NCBI RefSeq assembly: GCF_036321535.1
Contig: NC_087437.1
Location: 29,452,001-29,516,000, forward strand
Reading direction: 5' to 3'
Length of the DNA stretch: 64,000 nucleotides
Origin: Camelus dromedarius
Taxonomy: Eukaryota
Within the stretch, counting starts at the first letter, position 1, and each line of letters begins with the position of its first letter. Both the position numbers and the translations under genes were made by a program. This document shows, piece after piece, positions 27,236 through 38,335 of the stretch. The notes under the pieces are model-generated. The model searched no databases, was not told the origin of the DNA, and was given only the letters and a program-made list of their open reading frames with translations.

Positions 27236-28356
27236 CAAAGAAAAAAACACAGCGGGAAAATAACATGTAGACACATAGCTGACAATTCCAGAAGAAACTT
27301 GGACGTGACTGCTATTAGCAATCACTGGTCTCGTTACACTGAGGAAAACAACTTAAAAGAAAAAAATCAAGCTCTGTGGGTGGTAGATGGTGGAAAGGCT
27401 GCCAGACTCCAGGCTGTGGTATCTCAGTGAGGAAATAGAGCTCACCATATTCTCAAGAGGGTTTCAAGCTGATAAAAATAAGTAAGGAAAAGGCCCTTTG
27501 GGGAAAATGTGAAATTTTTATTAATCTGGTAAAATTTTTACAATTTTTGTTCAAGAATCTCTAGTTCATATTTAAGAGAAAGCACAACCCCATTACATAA
27601 CCTTGAACCAAGTGTATACACTGGAACACAAGGAGAGTTTGTTTTTCAACTGAAACATGTAAGCAGGTAGAAAGAGAAATGTATGTTCTTCTGAGTACGG
27701 AGGAAGGTCTCTTTGCAGACCTTTGTTTTTAATTTCCATATGGTATGGTTTGGCCCGTGTGTCCAAAATATCTCCCCCACTTATCTGCCTCTAAATTGGA
27801 TGGGGATTTTATCTGAGTTTTCTAAGAGAGGTAATTCCAGCTAGCTATTAATGTAGCAAGGTGAATCTGGCATGTAGGGTTTTCTCAGTAAACGCTATTC
27901 TTTAATTGGTTTGTGTTAGCTGTTGAAAGGCTTTCCTAGAAATAGGGCTAGATCCTGAGTGAACAAGGCACAGGAAAGAAGAATTATTTTAGATTAAAAA
28001 AAAATCAGCAACCTTCAATTTATCTGCTTTTAATTTCAGATCTGCAAGCAAATCTTAAAGGGAGCTATGCTGCAATCCCTGGCCTTTTGAACAAGGCTGC
28101 TTTTAGTGATGCTGTGTCCAGCCCTTTTTTACCTCTCCAGAGGAAACACAATGAATCACAAGGCAAGTAAACGCTTAATCATACAGCAGAAACTTTAAGA
28201 GGCAATGGTCCAGATTTACAGAAAAATACTTACTCAATGTTTTAAAAATCTAGGCTCATCTACTATACATAGGATATGGCTATCAAACAGCCAGCAAAAT
28301 TCAACCATTGCAAAAGCTCACTGGGGATACAACAATAGTATGAATTTCAAAATGAC

Positions 28357-28715
28357 TGCTATGGAGTCAATTCTTGGAGCCCTAATCCCCGGCATGATGG
28401 TATTTGGAGTTGGGGCCTTTGAGACAAAATTAGGTTTAGATGAATTCATAAAGGTGGGGTCCTCACGATGGGACTAGTGCCCCCATAAGAAGGGACATCA
28501 GAGAACTTGCTCTCTCTCTCTCACACGTACTCCCTGCCACGTGAGGACACAGAGAAAAGGCAGCAAACCAGGAGGAGAGCCCTCACCCAGGGCTAAATCG
28601 GTTAACACCCTTATTTTGGACTTCCCAGCCTCTTGAATTATGAGAAATAAAGTTGCGCTGTTTAAGCCACCTAATCTCTGGTGTTTAGCTCTAGCAGCAT
28701 GAGCAGACCAATACA
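28357..28715 (+). mobile_element. MLT1A-like (MaLR) solo LTR
   Basis: TG...CA termini, 5-bp TSD atgac/atggc, internal 'ttttggacttcccagcctc...gagaaataaa...tttaagccacc'. Confidence 0.9.
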
Positions 28716-29379
28716 ATGGCAATGTAAGACACAGAGGAGGATACCAAGTCAGTCCTGAACTGTCAGGTGGGACATGTTTCTGTCAAAAAAGGAAAAGAAA
28801 AAGTGAAAGTGAGGGAGACCAGAGAATGGGTTTTGGAGGATCTGGGGCTGGACCTGATCTTTACAGTCTGTCAGCTGGATTCACTGGTGTCATCAACCTA
28901 TAGGCTTGGTCTCTGCCAGTCTCCAGTCCCTCCTGACCATACCTAGGCTTCACCGGACAACTAGGGGCCATGTGAGCTCTGCTGCTTCTAGAACTTGTAT
29001 CTGCCAAAGGGGCCCCAGTCCTTGGTGCCCACCAGGCTGCTGCCTGGCCGTGTTCATTTATCCACGTGGTCAGTCTTCATGCTTAGGGCTTTGCTTGAGT
29101 TACCCCCCTTAGACTTAGTTTCCTCTTTGGGGTGGATATGCTGAGCTCCCACCAATGATGGGTGAAATTAGATGAGTGATGGGGGAGGGCAATAAAGGAC
29201 TTCGGTAAATATAGAAGGACAGGAATGAAAATATACAGTTGGAAATGAGTATGATGTTGTTATGAAATAACCTTAACCATCCCCACTCCAAAACATACAC
29301 ACCCCAACTCGTAAGACTAGATGAGCTGGGCTAGGGAATAATGGGAAATAAAGCCAAGAGGGCCAAATTATATGGGACT

Positions 29380-29862
29380 TGCGTGATAATTATGTGTGTC
29401 AACTTGCCTGGGTGAAGGAATGCTTAGATAGCTGATAACATCTGAGTGTGTCTGTGAGGGTGTCTCAGGAAGATATTAGCATGTGAATCAGCAAACTAAA
29501 TAAAAACAATCACCCTCACTGATAAGAGTGGGCATCTGTTCAGGGTCTGAATAGATAGAGAAGGCTGAGGGAGGGTGAATTCTCACTCTCTGCCCAGCAG
29601 AGACACCCATACTCTCCTTCCCTCAGCCATCAGCGCTCCTAGTTTTTAAGGAGGTTCTGACTCAAGTGAGATTTACACCTCTGGCCTCTCAATTCTCAGG
29701 CCTGTGGACCCAGACTGAATTACACCACAGCTTTCCTGGTTCTCCAGCTTGCAGAGAGCTGATCATGGGATTTCTTGGCCTCCACAATGGTATAATCCAA
29801 TTCCTCCCTAATTCTCCTCTTATATATCCCATTGATCCTGTTTCTTTGGAACTCTGACTACA
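29380..29862 (+). mobile_element. MLT2 (ERVL) solo LTR
   Basis: 'tgtgtcaacttg', 'gtgtgtctgtgagggtgt', 'ctttcctggttctccagcttgcaga', ending 'cctgtttctttggaactctgactaca'. Confidence 0.88.
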
Positions 29863-30207
29863 TCTATGGTTGATAGCAGCAAGCAGAGGGAAGGTAACAG
29901 TAAAGGGACAGATCTTGATTTTGTTCCTAGCAATATTCCACCAGCATAACTGCTAGCCAAGAGCTGGCTGCTGTCCCATTGGAAACAACAAACATACGGG
30001 TAATTCACTAGCCAAATAAATCACCCTTCTAATAATTGAAAATTATCTGTGTGCATCAGTGTATCATAGCCCAGACAGGATAAGTTTATAGGGAAGAGAA
30101 GAGCCTTCTAATTACTTCATTTAATTTTACAACGTCCGTACAATTGGTTAAGTTAGAAAAGAAGAGGTGAAAGAAATGACAGATACCATCAGTTTCCCCA
30201 CAGTCCT

Positions 30208-30394
30208 GGGCAGCTCTCCTCAGAGTTTAGCATGCCTCAGACTTTAGCATTTAGCAAAATTTGCATGTGGCATTTCTGCCTCAGATGGGGGAAAGGAGGC
30301 GTGGAGTGGGCAGACCAAGAATTCACGTTTCTAATAAGTTCCCAGGTAATGCTAATGCAGCTGGCCCAAGGATCACATGTTGAGAAACGTTAGT
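30208..30394. mobile_element. MER5-like hAT-Charlie MITE
   Basis: 'aagaattcacgtttctaataagttcccaggtaatgctaatgcagctggcccaaggatcacatgttgagaa'. Confidence 0.8.
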
Positions 30395-31477
30395 CTAAGG
30401 GCAGAACTCTTGATTACTTTCACCACCAAAAAAGACCTGTGTAAAGAAGTATGTCTAATTGCCTCTGATTACTCAAGAGTTTGACAGACCACTATCTGCT
30501 ATCTGCACAATTAGCAGCTCTCTCCCTAAAAAAATGAAAATATTCCTTATCGTTAAAATGCAATGTTGCCCAAAGATAAATCTAGGAGTGGGAAACATGA
30601 AACATTCTTTCCATTCGATTATTTTAATACACTAGGCATGTCATAAGATAAAATAGTCAACATCAAAAAGAAAAGTGAAGAAGAAAATTCTTTTAATTCA
30701 AATGCCTTGCCTCAAATAACCCTGACTTGAATTAGAATTAAGAATGGGTTTTGCATACAGATAAGTGGTCAGACATTATTTACCTTAATAGGAATTCTAT
30801 ATTATTTTTTATATACTGGGTAATACAATAGTTTAATAATTTCATTAATGTAAAACTGTTACAATCATTTAAAATAAAGCACAAACAACTTTGGAGGATA
30901 CCATGCAATCAGGCTGCATACATAGTCTTCAGAAGCCTTGAGACTGTAAGATGAAGTATTTGTTCCATCCTCTGAAGTGTCTTCGTAAACTTTAGGATGT
31001 AATACTGCTGCAAATAAAAAATTCCTGCCCTATTTTAAAACCACAGATTGTTATCTGGCTACAGCAATAAGTAACCACCAGAACCTGCTACAAACCAGTT
31101 CCAATCTATCAGTGCAATACACTTCAGCAAACACACCTCAGAAAAAAGTCAATCAGCAATCCTTGATAATAGTGATACTTCCATCACTAAGGGGCAACTG
31201 ATCCTTCAACATCTCCTGCTTCTGAAATCTGCCTCTGGGACTACATGGTTTCGGTAACCCTACATAAGTTCAGCTCTGTTTTGCTCAGAAAGACTGTCTT
31301 ACAAGTTCTCCCTTAGTAAGCAATTGATTTAATGAGCAAAAACATCAGCTTTGTTTCAAATACTCCCTTTGGTACTTACTACACACTGGATTATCAATGG
31401 TCAGTGGCTGATCACCTGTTCTGCCTAATGCCACTTTAAGAACATACAATCATCTCACTAGTGAGTAGAATCTAAAA

Positions 31478-32043
31478 CAGCGGGTGTCAATGTGGGGAAG
31501 AGGGGGGCAATTTTGCCCCAGGGAACATTTGGCAAAGTCTGGAGTAACTTTGGTTGTTATGACTGAGGGGAGAAAAGGGCTACTGGTAGTGACCAAGGGA
31601 TGCTGCCAAACATCCTGCAATGCACAGGACAGTCCCTCCACAGTGAGAAACTTTCTGGCCCAGAGTGTCAATACAGCTGTCTCCTGGTATTCACAAAGGT
31701 TTGATTCCAGGACCCTCATGGATACCAAGACACAGGGATGGTCAAATCCCTTATATAAAATGGCCTACTGTTTGCATGTGACCTACACACATTCTCCCGC
31801 ATACTTTAAGTCATCTCTAGATTACACTTAATACCTAATACAATGGAAATGCTATATACATAGTTGTAAACAATGTAAATGCTATGTAAATTATTGCTAG
31901 GGTGTGGTAAATTCTAGTTTTGCTTTTTGGAAATGTCTGGAATCCCTCTCCCAAATATTTTCAATATGCAGTTGGTTGAATCCTCAGATGTTTAACCCAA
32001 GGATGCAGAGGGCCAACTGTACTACTACTGTTGAGAATCCCTG
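31478..32043 (+). mobile_element. MER20 (hAT-Charlie), split by a MER2-like insertion
   Basis: 'gggcaattttgccccagggaacatttggcaaagtctggag...ctggcccagagtgtcaata' resumes as 'ctgttgagaatccctg' at 32022-32043. Confidence 0.88.
31674..32019 (+). mobile_element. MER2-like TcMar-Tigger MITE
   Basis: Ends 'cagctgtctcctggtattc' and 'ggatgcagagggccaactg'. TA duplication at 31672-31673 and 32020-32021. Confidence 0.88.
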
Positions 32044-32399
32044 GCTTAAACAGAATGTGAAGAACACTAGGAAATGAGGCTTCTAAAAAAGGAAGGACCT
32101 AGGAAGATGTGAATCACTTTTTTTTGCCTCCTTACTAATCAGTCCACATTGTCTGAATTTCAAGTAAGATATTTCTTCCAGGAATATTTCATCAAAATAC
32201 CTGACAGCAGAGAAAGGAACATTATTAAACCCTCCAGAGGGTAATGTTTTCTCTTTTCTTCCACCCCATCAGAGACCACTCTGGCCCAGAGGATAAAAAC
32301 CAGACACATTGATGAGCCATTCACATCTCTTCAGAAGCTGCTCATTGTAGTTTTTCAAGCTGGTCTGTCTCCTATTACTCTTCTTTGTACACCTTCCAT

Positions 32400-33000
32400 T
32401 TCATCAGGTTCAGCTACCCAGTGCCCTCTCCCCATCCCTGTAGCCTCTCCGTCTTTCTGGCACTGACAGTTTGGAAGTTACCTAGATTCATCAATTCCTT
32501 TCCTCCTCCTCACTCTTTATTCCACTGCAAATAGGCTTCCACCCCCTTTCATTTTAAAAAAATGTTTCTCTTAATGTCAACTCTGATTTCCAAATCCAAC
32601 AGCAACTTATCGGTATTCTTGGAAGCATACCAGTATACTCTTCAAAGTACAGCAACTTCAAACATTTTGCTATATGCCATGATAGAGTTGGCTCCTCCTT
32701 TTACCAGTTTAATTTACTCCCCAGTTTAAACACTGAACTTTCTTTCCTCTAAGCCTGGTATTTCTGTCTTTCTTGCTGCTCTCTCATTTCTCCCTAAATA
32801 TAGACATTTCTTCAAGTTCCATGTCTTCCTTTCCTGACTGCCATCCATAAGAGCAGCCTGTCCCAAATCCATGTTTCCAGACCTAATACTATCTCCCAAA
32901 TCCATGTTTTCAGCCCTAACACTATCTCCATTACTCCATATTTATTCTGGTAAAACATAAAGGGCTGATTCTGATTGTCCATGCACAAATTTCCCTCTGA
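32400..33000 (+). mobile_element. LINE-2 remnant, interrupted downstream by L1
   Basis: 'ccactgcaaataggcttccacccc', 'caaatccaacagcaac', 'tcccaaatccatgtttccag'. Confidence 0.7.
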
Positions 33001-33019
33001 CTTAATTACTTACATTCAT

Positions 33020-33615
33020 ACACATTGTTGAAGTGAGTATCAATTAGTATAACCCCTTTGGAAAACAACTGTCAGGTATGTTAAGCTTTTGAAAATACTA
33101 TCTTACAACTCAGGATTCCAATTCAGGACATATACCCAGTAGATACATGTATATGTGTGCACCAAAAGACATGCACAGGGTATTTATAGCAATATTAGAC
33201 ATTATAGCAACAATCTGGCAACAACCCCAAAGTCTATCAATAGAAGGGATAAATAAGTTTTTGGTATATTCTTCCAATGAAAGATCACGTAGTATTGAAA
33301 AAAAATTTCATGCTTCAACCTGGTTGCATCTACAGAAAACGTTGAGCAAAAGTAAAACAATGTCATCCAGTATGATTTCATTCATATGAAGGTCCCAAAC
33401 AGACAAATCAGATCTCTGGTGACAGAAGTCATGATAGCAATTACCTCCTTTAGGGGTGATGTGTGATGCTTCTGGGGTGCTAGTGGTGTTCCATATCTTG
33501 ATTGGGGTGGTGGCTACACAGGTGTGTCCACTTCACAAAATATTATCAAGCTATATACATATGTGATTTGTTTACCCTTTATGTATTGGTTGTATTTTAA
33601 TTAAAACTTAAAAAT
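33020..33615 (+). mobile_element. L1ME 3' end
   Basis: 'tatatgtgtgcaccaaaagacatgcacagggtatttatagca', 'ggcaacaacccca', 'ttctggggtgctagtggtgttccatatcttgat'. Confidence 0.85.
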
Positions 33616-35331
33616 TTCTGGGGCCCATCTTTAGACAGTTCAAACATCCAAACATGTTCCCCCCATGCTGTCATCCTGTAACCAATAAAACCATAAATTT
33701 CTAACTATACCGTGAAGTTCTCTTGTCATCACTCAGACTGTGTAGGATTTGTCCTTCTAGAAGAAAGAATCCTTAGACCCATGATTGTCACATGATTGTC
33801 AGCCTCACTGTTTAACTCTATAAAAGTCATATGACTATTCAGTGTAAGAGGAATTCAAGAATAGAAACCAAGAGAAATCTGCAGTGTTAAAGCTATCTGC
33901 TATGTCATTTTCAACACACTCCACTTACATTTTTCATATTCTTCCTGAAGAAGTTTGAAAATGACATTCGACTTTTATGACCTTTCTGAAAACTACTCTC
34001 TTGACCCTTTTTTCAGTGTGACTGGATTTAAATATGACTCTCTAATTTCTTCATAGATACCCACTTAATGTTAGAAGTGAAAAAGCTAAATTGACTTTAA
34101 CCCCTTTAATATGTATGAAATTAACATAACTGAACTTTCATATAACTGCAGTTTAATCTGTGTGCTTTTATAATTAGGTGTTATAGTGAGAACTTTCTTT
34201 TTTGCCAACGAAGTGGTTTTTCTCCCATACACGGGGGTAAAGTAAAAACAATGGTCAGTTCTAGAGAAAGCCTAGCAAAGAAATGAATGCTTTCATAAAG
34301 AAATGAGTTTAAAACTATGGCTTTTCAAATAAATATAATTACCTGGCAAATCTGCCTCTTATTTCAGCATTTGTCATCTGGGCCAGATTTATATTATTCT
34401 GACTTTTCACTTTTTCTTTCAAATCTATCATTTTTATGTGACAATTTATCATCTTCAGACTGTAGTCTCAGTCACTGTGTCATCAAGATTTGGAAATTCA
34501 TGGATGGTAAATTTTGGGGAAAGAAGTCAGCAAAAACAGAGAAATCATTTTCAATCTAGTGCTGGACTACTCAACCTAAGGGGCAGCCTGTGAACAGGAT
34601 TAAGTCACCCAAAATATTTTTGAGAGAGTTTTATATTTGTTTTTAAAAGGGAGTCAACATACTTTGGAAAAACTTGGAACTTCTTTAGATTTTCTCATAC
34701 TTCTTTTAAAGCTTAGTGTTTGTTTGTTTGTTTTTGTTTGTTTTTTAAGCACATTTGATGTGGGAACACCATGTTTTCCCTCCACCACCACTTAGGGCCA
34801 CAAAAGGATTAGTCAGGGCCTCCTTTAATACACTACTAGATAAGAATTGTGTGTTTTTTTGCAACACAACAAGAGAAGAAAAGTTACAAATAAAAACTTT
34901 GCAACAAGGAAAACGCAAATTGGCAGGCAACTACTTCAGATTCTACACAACCTCTCCAAGTGAAAGACTATCATGGAGATAGATGGAGAAATACCCAGAA
35001 CATGCTTTCAGAGAAATTCTGACCGCTCCTCACTTGGGATTTATTTCTACAATCAAGAAGAAAAGTAAATTTGTTTTGCAACTGATTTTCCAAAATTTCT
35101 CCCCAGTGTTTTTTACGTAAATGCTTGTACTACAACTTCAAGATGTGCTGGCGGTAAATAGTACACTGTTACAAAAACATACAAGAACAACAAAAGATAA
35201 ATTCAAAACACTTACAGTTCTGTGCTCACCCCCAGACTCCAAAGAAACGCCAACTCTTCAGAAAACCACTGCACGTCCTGCCTTAAATAAATAACTGCCT
35301 TCAATCACAAGGGAAGATCCCAAACTCTCCG

Positions 35332-35475
35332 CAGCAGCTTTCAATCCCCGGTGAAACTGAAATCACCTGAAGAACCTCCAGAATCTGAGTTAATTGATCT
35401 GGGAAGGGCCTCTGGCATCAAAGGGTTTTCAAAGCACCCAGGTGATTCTAATATGCGGCAGGGCTGAGAGCCACT
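35332..35475. mobile_element. MER5-like hAT-Charlie MITE
   Basis: 'aatcacctg...ccaggtgattctaatatgcggcagggctgagagccactg'. Confidence 0.8.
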
Positions 35476-35866
35476 GTTCTAAACCTCAAACTGATTCAAA
35501 CTAAAGTAAAACATCTTGGGTTCTTAATTTCTCCATCACATGTTAATTTTTACTTGAGAAACAAGCTTTTAAACGTTTAGCTCACTGAAATCATGGCAAC
35601 AAAAATAAAATATCCTTAATTTCAGACTTTCTTTTTTTTGCGAACTGCCACGTTAATTGAATCAGAAAACATTCACCTAAATTCTTATCCTGTAATGACA
35701 AGTATCAAAAGACAAGCTAGACTTGCCAGAAGGAAACTGTAGCTCCTCAGAAATATCTCAGCTGGATTTATAAAAGTTTGACTTTATCTGTCCCACTTTC
35801 AACATTCCTTTTCGCTAAGACCCTGCCCCCAACTTTTCTTAGTATTCAACAAAAGAAGATGGAGAA

Positions 35867-36215
35867 GTAGTGGTGCCCTGGGAAATGGTGAACAAGGAAC
35901 TCTCTGGAGCTGGAATGAGGGAAGATGGAGGAAGCACTGATTTGTAGCACGTGTTGATTTCCATAGTGTATATACTCCCATGGTGGACGATTTCAAGCTA
36001 CCAAATGGCTTGCAATTTTTTTTTATAGTTCTCTTAATTTTTTTATTGAGTTATAGTCAGTTTACAGTGTTGTGTCAATTTCTGGTACACGGTGCAATTT
36101 TTTAGTCATACATGAATACACATATATTCATTTTCATATTCTTTTTCACCATGAGCTACTACTGGCTTGTAAATTTTTGAAAAATTTAACAATCTTCTGA
36201 GCCAATGTCAGCTGA
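35867..36215 (+). mobile_element. MER63-like hAT MITE, split by a young L1 tail
   Basis: 'ctgatttgtagcacgtgttgatttccatagtgtatatactcccatggtggacgatttcaagctacca' continues as 'aaatttttgaaaaatttaacaatc' after 36172. Confidence 0.75.
36016..36162 (-). mobile_element. Young L1 3' end inserted in the MER63-like element
   Basis: Reverse L1 tail 'tttttttattgagttatagtcagtttacagtgttgtgtcaatttctggtac'. TSD tggcttgcaa (36006-36015) / tggcttgtaa (36163-36172). Confidence 0.9.
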
Positions 36216-37269
36216 GCAAGGCTGAAGAGGGATTCGAGGAGGGGAGCTGCCCAATGGGAAGAAGGTACGAGGAGCCAACGTGGAGCAAAACAGCACTTTA
36301 TTGCAGTACAAGCAGGTGGTGCACATGGCGGGCGGTGCTCAGGTGTATGCACTTGTCCTCTTATAAAGCTAGTGGCGCATACATAGTGTTCATAATGCTG
36401 ACTCACGCTGCTGGTGCGTGCGTACATTTACCTCTTACCAGGTGCCAGCTATTGTGAACTTTGGCCTGGGCCCCATGGCCCACTCACTTAAGGCTGCCGA
36501 CAGCCAATATGAGCCATTTCCAGCTCTGTGAAATTATTAATTTGTTTGTGAATCAGAGTCCTGGATTGGTAAGAACTGAGATTTAGTTACCTCTGGCATA
36601 TTACCTGACATATCTCCCTACAGATACTGATTTCACAATTTTGACTTACAGTGGACTTGAGGAGCTTTCCCCAGGTAGGGATATTTTTGTACTATGTTTT
36701 ATCTGCAATTGGGGTTCAGAAATGTACAGATATGTCTGTGAAACTCAGAGGGAAAAGGGTAAAAGAAGTAAGATTTTAGTGACATTAAGAGAGAAACCAT
36801 CAAAAGGAAAGGTTTCTATGATACGCTGAATTCAGCAATAAACCCTAGGTATCAGAGAGGAGTGGATATTGTTAGTCAAGTTCAGAATGATAGAAGATTA
36901 CGGAAAGTTACTTAGATACAGCTAATTTGTGCCAGGGGAAAGAAAAGGATGTATCAGTAAGCTAAATGGTGTGCATCATTAAACTCAGGATCAAATATGC
37001 TGCAGGTGCCACTGTGTAACTCAGGAACAATCTATTGTCTTTGCCTTTGAGAGAGGTACTACAAAAAGATTTGATTATCACAGTGATTATCTGGAAGAGG
37101 CTAAGAATACTTTTACAAAGAGAGGTCTTTGGTAGACACTGCAGTTCCAGAGTAAGTAGCTGGAGATTTAGAGCTATCAGAATCCTAGTTTAATTGTTAA
37201 TATGTTAATATTAGACACCTGGGAACACAGAGGTAATTTACGTTTTATCATTTCCCTCCTGCAACTGCG

Positions 37270-37480
37270 TATCTAGGTGGAATAACATAGTCTTAAGAGT
37301 CAGAATCAGACTAAAATCCAAACTCTACCACTTACTATCTAGGTAACCTTGTGACATTTTTCTGTGTATCAGTTTCCTCCCTGTAAAACGGAGATAATAA
37401 TAGTACCACTTATCATAGGGTTATTACAGGAAATAAACAGTATAACACATGCAAAACATTCAACATAATGCCTGTACGAA
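37270..37480 (+). mobile_element. MIR SINE
   Basis: 'tctaccacttacta...tcagtttcctccctgtaaaacggagataataatagtacc'. Confidence 0.88.
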
Positions 37481-38189
37481 ACATTCTATTGCTTTGGCTG
37501 GGAGCATCAAGAACATATTAGCAAAAGACAGTGCAGTGAGGTATACAGTATGACCCACACTTGAGGAAACGAATTAAAGAAATGAAATACCTTGCCCAAG
37601 ATCATGCATTTAATTAAGTTGTGATCCAGAATTTGAACTGGACTCAGCCTGATCCTGAAGCTCTTGTTCTTCCCAAATGTTTTTTCTCCCAGTGGGAGAG
37701 CCCACAACAGTGTGAATGAATTCTCCAAGATGCTTATTTATCTTGGAGATGGTTTGGATGACACATTCTAGTACTTTTTTTTTTTTAATAAAGAAGGGTC
37801 AAAGTTGGGACAATTATATGAGAAATAAAGGCGCCCTCAAATTCTGATTAGAGACAAATTTCTGCAGCAGACTCCCATGTCTTTGTCCCCACACCTTTCC
37901 TCTACAGGTATTGCATGTCTCCACCCAGGGCATAAGCAAAAGTCAAATAATGTATCTTGAACAGCTAGCTAGTTCCCAATCTGCCTGGAACAGAGCTCCC
38001 TATTCAATCACTGAATCACAGCCTCAGGAGCTGTGCTCCACGCCACTGTACGTGACTGTAGCCTACCAGCCAGCCAGCTACCTTCGTCTACTTCCATTCT
38101 AGCTATCCTCTGTTACTGTTTCCCAGAAGTGAGAATATACTCTTTCCTAAAGTGTGTGTAGAACAAACAAAAGGTCCTAGATATACTAG

Positions 38190-38335
38190 TAAGTCCATGG
38201 TGAAAGCAAGCGTATGTGGCCAAATAAATTTGAGACGTTCTAGGCTAAACAAAGTTTACTGTCAGCACCTTTAATGTTCTCAGGCATACTGGGTATCTTC
38301 AAGAGGGAAATCTAATATGCAATATTTGCAAATAC
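38190..38335. mobile_element. hAT-Charlie-like DNA transposon fragment
   Basis: 'ccaaataaatttgagacgttctaggctaaacaaagtt...ctttaatgttct...tcttcaagaggg' resembles a recalled Charlie-family consensus. Confidence 0.5.
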
